Of a DNA stretch of 37,689 nt, positions 18,301 through 25,663 are shown piece after piece (position 1 is the first letter of the stretch; each line of letters starts with the position of its first letter). A model generated the notes under the pieces. The model did not search any database. It was not told where the DNA came from and saw nothing but the letters and a program-made list of their open reading frames with translations. Position numbers and translations under genes: made by a program. The stretch lies in the IMG/VR virus record IMGVR_UViG_3300027863_001395, positions 1-37,689 of that record, one strand, 5' to 3'. This stretch comes from a virus. Taxonomy: Duplodnaviria > Caudoviricetes.

Positions 18301-19425
18301 AATGCTAACGTTTAGAGGAATTTCTTTAAAAACAGGCAACTTTCTTGAAATTAGAACATAATCTCCTTCTCTAATTTCTCTTGTCTCCTTTAATTCAAGT
18401 TCTCCAGGAAACACATGATTCCTATATTTTGGTTTCCAAGTGAAGACACTATGGTTTCCTGTCGCCTTCACCGTTGAACCGTAAACAGTATGAATAGTGT
18501 ACATGTCTCCTGAGTAATAGTGTTCTATAAGATATGGTGAGATGTTGAGGACAACCTTGTCTTCGTCCATGCTTGGAAGAATGAAAGGATGCTGTATCAA
18601 TCTTGTCTCGTTTGAGAGATTGAAAACATTTTCTTTGGAAGCATTCCGTTTAACATAATCTTCTAACGTTTCAAGAACAAGCCTTCCATCATTAAAGAAT
18701 ATAAGCCTCTCATCTGGAGGATGAGAACCCCACGCATCCCTTCGCACTCTCATAAAATATGGGTCTAAAGGTTTAAGCCTCACTATTTCACCGTATGGGT
18801 TTATTAGTTCGTGGTCGGGATAAAGTTCCTTATGTTTTTCGGCAACATCCATTCTGTCAGTGTACCATACCTTTTTACCGTCGGCACCTTCTATCTCATA
18901 CGATGGCTTCAACTGTTCAAGGTCATGGCCTTCTTCGGGACAAATCCATACTCTGACAATTTCACAGTATGCGTTTCCGAAAGTGAGCATGTCTCTTACA
19001 AGAATCTTTAAAATGTTTATAAAATCGTGTCTTCTTAGAAAGTTCATCATATCCTCTATAACCATGTCAACGGGATAGTCGAGTTCAAATCCCCCACTTG
19101 TACACATCATCGTGTGAAGGTCTAAAGTGGCACGAATGAAAGGGTCTTTCGTCATATACTCTCTGTACTTGGAATAGTCTTCTATTGGAACGGCACCCCA
19201 AACCTTCTCCCACACTGAAACATAAGGATATGTTATGAGACCAAGTCCTACACCTGGAATATATCTTGTTCCCGCAAAATATGATGCCATAAAAGATTCC
19301 CAGTCAAAGTCCCTATACCATGCTTCACCTCTTTCAGCCTGTCTAACCTGTTCTGATGGAGGCTGTTTATATGATGCACTGAATGTTCTTTTTATCCTGT
19401 CTGACACGCCTTTAAAGAAACTCAT
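15334..19425 (-). CDS. Portal protein containing two inteins (about 560 aa after splicing)
   Basis: Extein motifs DMLTFGNAYCEIVR, LKPLDPYFMRV, EILHLR..YGESML, LTVPKHFV, DTNEARTMLGL; Glu/Pro-rich tail. Confidence 0.88.
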   Translation of the reverse strand: MSFFKGVSDRIKRTFSASYKQPPSEQVRQAERGEAWYRDFDWESFMASYFAGTRYIPGVGLGLITYPYVSVWEKVWGAVPIEDYSKYREYMTKDPFIRATLDLHTMMCTSGGFELDYPVDMVIEDMMNFLRRHDFINILKILVRDMLTFGNAYCEIVRVWICPEEGHDLEQLKPSYEIEGADGKKVWYTDRMDVAEKHKELYPDHELINPYGEIVRLKPLDPYFMRVRRDAWGSHPPDERLIFFNDGRLVLETLEDYVKRNASKENVFNLSNETRLIQHPFILPSMDEDKVVLNISPYLIEHYYSGDMYTIHTVYGSTVKATGNHSVFTWKPKYRNHVFPGELELKETREIREGDYVLISRKLPVFKEIPLNVSISKVFMENMDIEELHNFGIQSQSLKVEEYEDKVIEYLKRKGIKYPRQEYNHYRKKHILPLDFIKENNVPIPEDATVISWHSKAKMKDRVESNGLLYFLGLIISDGCLSTDKRRTGKILFSGDSVKNNVFLETWLKENNIKFSKRITEKRIVWKEQKKPISFPCLSIYNRVLYSLCKFLLPKKNELPSWLYTLPLSQLKYFVKGLWDGDGWHKNTRTCFKYFTRDKRLAEDIVLLLKRFGIIASLNMKHDKGRPDYTIQAFVEPLDILKWDEGVKQKTRASAYGDFVIAKVKKIEKTFYKGVVYDFEVPGSQSYLSKSGILVHNTVLGYAQLYAVPIVTFLADEILHLRYMPSTEMYGSVYGESMLRPILYHEELLKEYEETISQIMKVYVKPMFLVKVGSPTGGPEVTAEQFREIMRSFSSRKPGSDVFIRTTGLITDVQPINPPISGLQTTQFWLEWLHNQRAYALTVPKHFVAPEGLNRACYVEDTYVLTENGWKLHNEVKEGEKIVVYEPESGRAWLEKPIKLYAYDYDGEIIHFVDKNTDIAVTPEHKIVYKKNLDGKWLTGHAEDIIGSQLILPNSMEWEGHEEEWEIIPSIELKEGFRTEFRENVKVKMDDFLSFVGIYLSEGGMDTVNHHLLTIAQTKKNVEKIEKIRTILSKLPFHYHEYEDKDCVRWNVDGKQLCTFLSSNFGERCYNKHIPSKYKNLSKRQLKILFDSMILGDGSIDKKGSITYYTTSEQLAKDFLEIVVKLGYSASISYYEDKRGNRRRVYRIFVSKRKLKYVPKNRIVKEHYKGKVYCFSTSTGFYVTMRNGKVAYQGNTAQMVQEAYFTFIQSIRNSIASQLEQDLFPKIMYSLYGEMAKVLMDEFGVPKIVWKPVREESFASKVPLIINLKKSGIIDTNEARTMLGLKPKEEYEEEEEEEEGGMELPLPPHGEKPPPSPPPTEKGTPEAPAEGGGEGARTEEKEEGGKKKEDQLKKIIENLKRKL
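15841..16857 (-). mobile_element. Intein 2 (339 aa) with LAGLIDADG endonuclease
   Basis: A|CYVEDTYVLTENG block A, TPEH block B, GIYLSEG / MILGDG, VYCFST..YQGN|T. Confidence 0.9.
17335..18726 (-). mobile_element. Intein 1 (464 aa, Ser1) with LAGLIDADG endonuclease
   Basis: G|SHPPDE start, ATGNHS block B, GLIISDG / GLWDGDG, VYDFEV..LVHN|T. Confidence 0.9.
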
Positions 19426-19549
19426 ACTATCTCCATCATCGGAAGTGTTTTATATAAACTTTTTCGCCAACATTTTATCTAACAACCTAGAACTTTGTTG
19501 GAGGATGTTATACAAAAAATTTAAAAAGAGAAGATGGAAAGGAGATAAT

Positions 19550-19768
19550 ATGATGTTGAAGATTAGGAGACTGTCTTTTGGTTGGAAGGACATGTTTCAC
19601 ATGATATTGGGTTTTGTTTCAAGGTTCACTATATTTGGTTTCCTGATTGCGTTAGCCTACTTCTTATATCAGCTTCGGGAAAAGGAGGAGGAGGTTCAGA
19701 CTGTAAAAGATTTGATTGTATTCATTTTCGGATACTGTTTCGCTATCATGGTTCAGCAGTTGGTTTAA
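19550..19768 (+). CDS. Small membrane protein
   Basis: Hydrophobic helices; TTTAAAAA box and GGAG upstream; TTAA stop overlap. Confidence 0.65.
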   Translation: MMLKIRRLSFGWKDMFHMILGFVSRFTIFGFLIALAYFLYQLREKEEEVQTVKDLIVFIFGYCFAIMVQQLV

Positions 19769-19986
19769 AAGGTTTCAAGCAACCATTTCAGGGCATCTAT
19801 CCAACCTTCATAATATTCATTACGTTCACTATCTTCACTTTTGAACGCCTTCATCTCATCTATTTTGGATAGAATATGTTTTCTTGCTATACAAATGTCT
19901 CTTTCAGGATTAAGTGGGCAAAAGTATCTAATATGTTTTTTAAGGAAATAGGCACTAAAATCTTTTCCACAGTATGGACACTTCAT
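19765..19986 (-). CDS. Zinc-finger protein
   Basis: CPYCGK..LKKH...CP; GAGGT RBS. Confidence 0.75.
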   Translation of the reverse strand: MKCPYCGKDFSAYFLKKHIRYFCPLNPERDICIARKHILSKIDEMKAFKSEDSERNEYYEGWIDALKWLLETF

Positions 19987-19998
19987 TTAACCTCTTTC

Positions 19999-20379
19999 CT
20001 AAAACTTCCACCCTTCTGCTATACGTTTTGCCTTTTCCTCACTTATTTCTTCAAGGTCATATCCGTAGTAATCGTATCCTTCTGACAAATATTCTCCCAA
20101 AAGTTCATCAAATTCTTCTTCAGTTTCCGCTTCTTGTCTTGCCTGTTCAACAAGCTCATTGTAAGTTTCTTTGGTAAAAAATCCGACACCCCATTCGTCA
20201 TCATAAACAATTTCAATGTCTGGATTTGTTTCAAATTCTACTTTTAATTCGTTTATAAGTTTATCAAGTTCCTCTAACGCTTCCTCCTCAGTGTCATAAA
20301 CGCCAACATATGCTCCTTTTCTTACATCATTCCATGTCCCAACACCTATAACCTCATGTTCTCTTATAGCCCAGGGCAT
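19999..20379 (-). CDS. Very acidic hypothetical protein (MPWAIRE...)
   Basis: ATG 20379 about 24 nt after TTTAAATA; the longer ORF-track start overlaps the upstream gene. Confidence 0.75.
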   Translation of the reverse strand: MPWAIREHEVIGVGTWNDVRKGAYVGVYDTEEEALEELDKLINELKVEFETNPDIEIVYDDEWGVGFFTKETYNELVEQARQEAETEEEFDELLGEYLSEGYDYYGYDLEEISEEKAKRIAEGWKF

Positions 20380-20414
20380 GATTATTATAGAAAACAATGG
20401 AATATTTAAACTTT

Positions 20415-20846
20415 TTACCAGAACCAGTCTCCTCTCGTTGAAACATCGCTTCCATCGTCTGGAGGAGGATAGTCTCTCCACCTGATTGGAGTAGGCATAC
20501 CATCTTTTAACATCATACCCCATCCCTGTGCATAAAGTGGGAAAGTGTCTTCTTCAAGAAGAATTTTGTAAACGTCTCCACCGAGAAGCTGTAACCTGTA
20601 AAATCCAAAATTTTTTCCAGAACATGTTGCAATCGTTTCAACATTAACCCACGTGGGATACTGTACCATGCTCATGTCAAACGTTTTACTTCTTTCACCT
20701 ATTCCATCTGGAAGCTTGTCAGTGAAAAGTTTTCTTCCCCTTATATCGTAGAAGTTGAATGTGAAGGGAACAGGTGCCTTGATAATCAGATACTTGTCAA
20801 CCGAATTTTTTGTTGTGCTTTCATAGAGGAAAATGACTCTCGTCAA
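20415..20846 (-). CDS. Hypothetical protein
   Basis: TTGA overlap with upstream stop. Confidence 0.7.
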   Translation of the reverse strand: MTRVIFLYESTTKNSVDKYLIIKAPVPFTFNFYDIRGRKLFTDKLPDGIGERSKTFDMSMVQYPTWVNVETIATCSGKNFGFYRLQLLGGDVYKILLEEDTFPLYAQGWGMMLKDGMPTPIRWRDYPPPDDGSDVSTRGDWFW

Positions 20847-21109
20847 TGTAGGAACACCTTTAAAATGATGGAGAAGATGAAGGCGAAAAGTGCTGAATAG
20901 AATGCGATTTGAATACTGTTGATTTTCTTCTGAAACTCCTCTCTTCTCCTCATATCATCATCGTATGAGACTATCTTCTTCTCTATTTCCGTAATCTTCT
21001 CGTTCAAGGACTTGATTTCATTATACAATGACGTAATATCCTCTTCAATGTTTGTCACTTTGGTCTCAATAATGGCTAACCGTTCGTAAACTGAAGGGTC
21101 TTCACTCAT
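20843..21109 (-). CDS. Coiled-coil plus C-terminal TM protein (XhlA/holin-like architecture)
   Basis: ERLAIIETKV heptads then FYSALFAFIFSIILKVF. Confidence 0.7.
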   Translation of the reverse strand: MSEDPSVYERLAIIETKVTNIEEDITSLYNEIKSLNEKITEIEKKIVSYDDDMRRREEFQKKINSIQIAFYSALFAFIFSIILKVFLH

Positions 21110-21685
21110 TTACTTCACCTCAGCAGAAATAAGCCTCCACCGATTGTCGACGTTAAAGTAAAAGAGCATGATTTCTGTTCCTTCGACAACAACTTTTATA
21201 GCAAACTGATTAGGCTCATATGTTACACTAATTTCTGGAGAATGAAGGTTTATGCTTTCAAGAAATTCGAACATCTTGTTCCTCAACAGTGCTTCAGCTT
21301 CAATTTGTGACATATCATTCAAAGAAGTTGGGATAGTGTACTTGCTTCCGTTAATCTTGTCCTCAAACGTTAGACCGAAAGTGTATGCTTCAGAAGGTTT
21401 AAGAAAAGGTTCTGGAGGTTCAACTTCAGCCTCAGGAGGCTGTATTTCTGTTGGTGTTTCAACTCCAACTTCTGGTTCTCTTTCAGGAGGCTCTCTAACA
21501 TGTTCTATCGGTTTCTCAACTTCTGTTCCCGTTATAGGAGGAAACTCTGGTTCTTGCTCAAAATATCCTCTTTGTACTCCAAACCTTTTTTCAACTTCAG
21601 TGAAAGGTTTTGTCGGATTATGTGTCAGCTTCTCCATCTGTTCTAGAATGCTTTCCAGAACCTCAACCATCTCTTTTGTACTCAT
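21110..21685 (-). CDS. Acidic Pro/Glu-rich hypothetical protein
   Basis: 191 aa, TTTAAATA upstream, EPPE repeats. Confidence 0.75.
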   Translation of the reverse strand: MSTKEMVEVLESILEQMEKLTHNPTKPFTEVEKRFGVQRGYFEQEPEFPPITGTEVEKPIEHVREPPEREPEVGVETPTEIQPPEAEVEPPEPFLKPSEAYTFGLTFEDKINGSKYTIPTSLNDMSQIEAEALLRNKMFEFLESINLHSPEISVTYEPNQFAIKVVVEGTEIMLFYFNVDNRWRLISAEVK

Positions 21686-21765
21686 TATACAATTCTATCT
21701 ATCCTTTTTTATTTAAACCTTTCTGAAGAGAAAATTTAAATAGGTGAAAGTATAACAGAACTTGT

Positions 21766-22191
21766 ATGTCCACAGAAGATGTTCTAGTAGAAATGGGGCC
21801 TGTCCTCGAAGTAGTAGGATGGAGTTTTCATGTGCCAAAAGAGGCTACACATCTTACTGACGATGAAATTCAAATTGGTGTAAATTCAAGGTGGCCTGGA
21901 GGTGCAGGTGTAGTAATAGAGAGGAGACCGGATGGAGAAATATATATCATCAATTTGGGAGAAGTTGTTGGTGCAGTAGATGAAATTCTTGACGCATGGT
22001 ATGACCTTTTCCTTTTCATGAACGACAACTTTAGCATTTGGAAAACCTATCCTGGAAGAATGAAACTTCATTACTTTGATTCAGAAGGAAACATTCAGAC
22101 CATAGATGAACCAAATCCAAGAGCCGATATGGAAGACGCTATTGCAGAACTGTTGGAGGAAGCAGGAAGAAAGTTTGAGGAATGCAAGTGA
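21766..22191 (+). CDS. Acidic hypothetical protein
   Basis: ATG 23 nt after TTTAAATA (21735-21742). Confidence 0.75.
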   Translation: MSTEDVLVEMGPVLEVVGWSFHVPKEATHLTDDEIQIGVNSRWPGGAGVVIERRPDGEIYIINLGEVVGAVDEILDAWYDLFLFMNDNFSIWKTYPGRMKLHYFDSEGNIQTIDEPNPRADMEDAIAELLEEAGRKFEECK

Positions 22192-22206
22192 AAAGAAGGT
22201 GATACT

Positions 22207-22383
22207 ATGAGCACAACCGATGCATTCCAAAAGGACACGGAAGGAGCGTTATGGTATCCTGACTTAAGCAGATGGGTTGTAGAAATAACCTTACCATGTG
22301 AAGTATGGGATGAAATACTTAAAGCAATCGATGAAGCGTTAAAGGATGTAGATAAACTTTTATCATATTGGAAAACTGAGTAA
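22207..22383 (+). CDS. 58-aa acidic protein
   Basis: GGTGA RBS; MSTTDAFQKDTEGALWYPDLSRWVVEITLPCEVWDEILKAIDEALKDVDKLLSYWKTE. Confidence 0.65.
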   Translation: MSTTDAFQKDTEGALWYPDLSRWVVEITLPCEVWDEILKAIDEALKDVDKLLSYWKTE

Positions 22384-22391
22384 AAAAAAGT

Positions 22392-23450
22392 TTAGGAAAG
22401 GTAGCACCAGACAGGGCTACCACTGTCTCCTCCAGCACTCTTCATATCACTTATTATTACATCCTCGAATGTTGCAACATAGTCTCCGTATGAAACGTTC
22501 ACTACTCCTGCACTGTCAAGAACTGTTCCACTTGTCTTGCATGTTGTTCTACCCGTCTTATATACTGTTATACCCTCTTTTGCTTCAGCAACCTTGTCGA
22601 ATGGTGGAAGAGGAGAGTATCCTTCTTGTAGAATGTTGGTCATCTTGCACACGATAGTAGAGGTCTCTGAGCCTGCGAAGAGGAGGCCTATTGAGGCGAT
22701 ATTGTTCAAGTTGTCTTCGTCAAAAAGCCTGTTTTCAAAATATGATGGTTGAAATGGTGTGGCGACAGCGAAATCGATTTTATTGAAGATTGGTCGGATA
22801 ATGGGTTGGAGAAGAGTTTTTCTTCCGAGAAGGTTGGAGAAGAAATTGTATGTGACACAAACTATTTTTCCAATTGGACAATTGCTTTCATCACCTAATG
22901 GAATTATTGGTTTATGCCAAAGGTATGTTGCAACCCAATCGTCTAATGTTCCACCGTCATACTTGCCCGGCTGAAGTATTTTCTTCCATTCTATCTGCTC
23001 AGGTTGCTTAGAAGGGTCTCTGTCTGTGAAAACATGGGCATTAGATGACACGACAACATTACCGTTCTTGTCTTTCATTAGATACGAGCATGTTCCGGCA
23101 GTAATCTGTTCATTTCCGATGCTTACTCCTAAAACCACTGGCCTAACCTTTTCAGTTTTTGAAGCCACCTTTGCTTTAGGGAGGGGAAAAAGTGGCAGTA
23201 TCTTTACTTCACCAATTTCTACTACATCGGTTTTGATACCGTCAATAGAAGATGGGATAATGATGTCGCTTGTGAGATAGTCTTTTGGAACTTTCTTTGA
23301 AACATATATTCTTAGACACGGTTCTTCAGTCTCTTGGCCGCCCACAATCTTTTTCTGGTAATTGAGACTGAAACCAATAACGTTTGGATAGGTTTTCCAT
23401 ATCTCTTCAAGAACCTTTCTATGCTCATCTTTTATTTTATCTTTTGGCAT
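22392..23450 (-). CDS. Nal1-like trypsin-fold serine protease
   Basis: N-domain YVSKKVP..IPSSIDGIKTDVVEIG; triad SNAHV, DFAVA, GDSGS; KTGRTT. Confidence 0.88.
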   Translation of the reverse strand: MPKDKIKDEHRKVLEEIWKTYPNVIGFSLNYQKKIVGGQETEEPCLRIYVSKKVPKDYLTSDIIIPSSIDGIKTDVVEIGEVKILPLFPLPKAKVASKTEKVRPVVLGVSIGNEQITAGTCSYLMKDKNGNVVVSSNAHVFTDRDPSKQPEQIEWKKILQPGKYDGGTLDDWVATYLWHKPIIPLGDESNCPIGKIVCVTYNFFSNLLGRKTLLQPIIRPIFNKIDFAVATPFQPSYFENRLFDEDNLNNIASIGLLFAGSETSTIVCKMTNILQEGYSPLPPFDKVAEAKEGITVYKTGRTTCKTSGTVLDSAGVVNVSYGDYVATFEDVIISDMKSAGGDSGSPVWCYLS

Positions 23451-23542
23451 GTCATATCCTCTAAAACGGTTGTTTAAAAGGTTTTCCCATAGAAAAGTTT
23501 ATAAAACACCATTATCTTGTCCACCTTGAACGGTGTACGTGA

Positions 23543-23956
23543 ATGGGAGAATGTCTTAAAATATATGTTCCAAAAGACAAGATTCTAAACTTGTTAGAAT
23601 GGGACAGCTATCTTCTTGGCACGTTGATAACATGGTCTGGTATGCGTTGGCAAAGTTTCCTCGAAGACTTTCTAGAAGATGACTCTAAAACCTTTCAATA
23701 TGTTGTTACACCAGATACTCTTGCAGAATATCTTATGAAATCGAATAAGAGGCTAAAGTTTCGTGAATTATTTATCGAGACAATAAGGTACAAGATTGTT
23801 TTCGCAAGCGAATATTTTGAAGATGTTAGAGACGAATTGAAAGACCATGTTTCTCTCACTACACTATTGTCTCTCTTCTCTGACCTTCTAAAAAAGCTTG
23901 CGGCCAAAGGAGATATTGAGACAGAACTCAAAAATCTTATTTCTTCATTAGGATGA
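23543..23956 (+). CDS. Hypothetical protein
   Basis: TTTATAAA upstream, 137 aa. Confidence 0.75.
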   Translation: MGECLKIYVPKDKILNLLEWDSYLLGTLITWSGMRWQSFLEDFLEDDSKTFQYVVTPDTLAEYLMKSNKRLKFRELFIETIRYKIVFASEYFEDVRDELKDHVSLTTLLSLFSDLLKKLAAKGDIETELKNLISSLG

Positions 23957-23960
23957 TAAC

Positions 23961-24149
23961 ATGTTTGTATGCAAACTCTGCAATTTTAGGACAAAGCATT
24001 CCTCTTCAATGGTAAAACATTTGAGAAACGAGCACAAGTACACGTATGAAAGGATAAGGGAAGAGTGGAAGAATGTTGTGGAAGAAAGGAATGTTGTGGT
24101 CGTAAAAGATGGAATAGACGTTATTTTAGAGAACGTGAAAAGGCTATGA
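23961..24149 (+). CDS. C2H2 zinc-finger protein
   Basis: FVCKLC..F..MVKHLRNEH. Confidence 0.75.
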   Translation: MFVCKLCNFRTKHSSSMVKHLRNEHKYTYERIREEWKNVVEERNVVVVKDGIDVILENVKRL

Positions 24150-24844
24150 TTGTAGTAGATTCGAGGGAAGCGTCTGCAAAAAACGTTAGAAAGTATATTC
24201 CTGACGTATCAGTTGAAACGTTGGAGGTGGGAGACTATATCATTTTTGGAAAGGAAAAGAACCTGATTATTGAAAGAAAATCTGTTCAAGACCTTCTCGC
24301 ATCCTCTTTTGACAGGCTGTGGGAACAGTTGAAGGCACTATCTAATGCAAGAGAACAAGGTTATGAACCCTATGTCCTGATAGAGGGAGAATATGTGTAC
24401 AATCCTGTGGTCAAGAAGCCTACCACCTTACACGTGTTCTTTAAAACCAATCCAGAGAAAGAGAAAATGTTTTATTCGATAGTGTATGCTGTAAGCCAAT
24501 TTGATGTCCACATACTCTTTTCCTCCAATTTCGAGGGCACATGTAATCTTCTAAAATATTTGGACGAGAAACTTGGTATGGGAAAAGAGAAGAGGGAGTT
24601 GCCTGAAAGAAGAGGGTTTAAAAAAGATTGGAGTGTGGAAAAGAAGAGAGAATATTTGCTTGAAGCGTTTGGGCTAGAGTTTGCGAAAGCCTTCAAGAAC
24701 GTTATCTTGAAAGACCTGTTGGAGAGCCCTCTTTCGAGAGAAAAGGTTTTGGAGAAACTTCCTAAACATTTTTTAAGCGGGAGAACAATTCCATTCAAAA
24801 AGCTTGAAGAGTTTCTTGACGTCATCGGATACGATAAAGTTTAA
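24146..24844 (+). CDS. XPF/ERCC4-family structure-specific endonuclease
   Basis: IVVDSRE, LEVGDY, IERKSVQDL, LIEG; ATGA overlap. Confidence 0.9.
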   Translation: MIVVDSREASAKNVRKYIPDVSVETLEVGDYIIFGKEKNLIIERKSVQDLLASSFDRLWEQLKALSNAREQGYEPYVLIEGEYVYNPVVKKPTTLHVFFKTNPEKEKMFYSIVYAVSQFDVHILFSSNFEGTCNLLKYLDEKLGMGKEKRELPERRGFKKDWSVEKKREYLLEAFGLEFAKAFKNVILKDLLESPLSREKVLEKLPKHFLSGRTIPFKKLEEFLDVIGYDKV

Positions 24845-24879
24845 ATAAGACAGTTATAAAGTTAATGAGATGAAAGATT

Positions 24880-25284
24880 ATGGGTGAAAATAGACCAGAG
24901 AGAAAGGGAACAATATGGGAGTGGACAAAGGAAGTGGAAGCGACACCAGAAATTGTTGAACAGATACAGAAACAAAAGAATGAGAAGAAGGGGAAAAGTG
25001 AAACATATCTTGAGGCAATGTTGAAAGTTTACAGTGAATGCTACAAGGTTCTTAAACATGGTGGCAAGGCGATTATTATAGTCAAGCCTTTTATCAGAAA
25101 CAAGAAGATAGTTGATTTACCATATCATACTTGGCTACTGATGGAAAAGGTTGGGTTCAAACTTGAGAAAGTTTACAAGCTAAGGTTGCAGACAAAATCG
25201 TTCTGGAGAATATTATACGAGAAACGTCATCCTGAAGTGCCAAAGATAAGACATGAATGGGTTATTGTCGCAAGAAAAGAGTGA
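24880..25284 (+). CDS. C-terminal half of an N4/N6 DNA methyltransferase (fragment or split subunit)
   Basis: YLEAMLKVYSECYKVLKHGG..IIVK..GF..HEWVIVARK; no SPPY/DPPY or FxGxG motif. Confidence 0.7.
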   Translation: MGENRPERKGTIWEWTKEVEATPEIVEQIQKQKNEKKGKSETYLEAMLKVYSECYKVLKHGGKAIIIVKPFIRNKKIVDLPYHTWLLMEKVGFKLEKVYKLRLQTKSFWRILYEKRHPEVPKIRHEWVIVARKE

Positions 25285-25292
25285 AGGTGGAA

Positions 25293-25628
25293 ATGAATTA
25301 TCTTCCAATCCTTTTTTTATTAAACAAGTTCGAAAGCATTGAAAGGAGAAAACTTCATGAAATGGTTCACGAGTTGAATGAGAAATATAATCTTTTACCA
25401 AACTTTAGTTTCACAAAATACTTTTACGGATACTATTCTAAAGAGTTAGAGGATACAATGGGCGTTCTTGAGGCGGCAAAAGTGGTTAGTGAAAGAGGAA
25501 ACAAGTATGTTATCTCAAGAAAGGGAAGAAAACTTGTTATGAAATTGGAGAAGGAGATACAGTCTAATCCAGAACTTAAGGATGCTGTTGAAAAACTTGA
25601 AGAGTTTCTAAAGGAAAAGGGCAAATAA
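25293..25628 (+). CDS. Winged-helix protein, YwgA/Panacea-like
   Basis: RRKLH..F..YFYGYYSKELED..L..YVISRKG. Confidence 0.65.
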   Translation: MNYLPILFLLNKFESIERRKLHEMVHELNEKYNLLPNFSFTKYFYGYYSKELEDTMGVLEAAKVVSERGNKYVISRKGRKLVMKLEKEIQSNPELKDAVEKLEEFLKEKGK

Positions 25629-25663
25629 GTTTATATATTACTGTGGCATGAAAAATTTTAAGT

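Noticed and set aside
19235-19549. N-terminal extension of ORF 19235..19768
   Set aside because: Overlaps the portal start and promoter; ATG 19550 fits the TATA/RBS better
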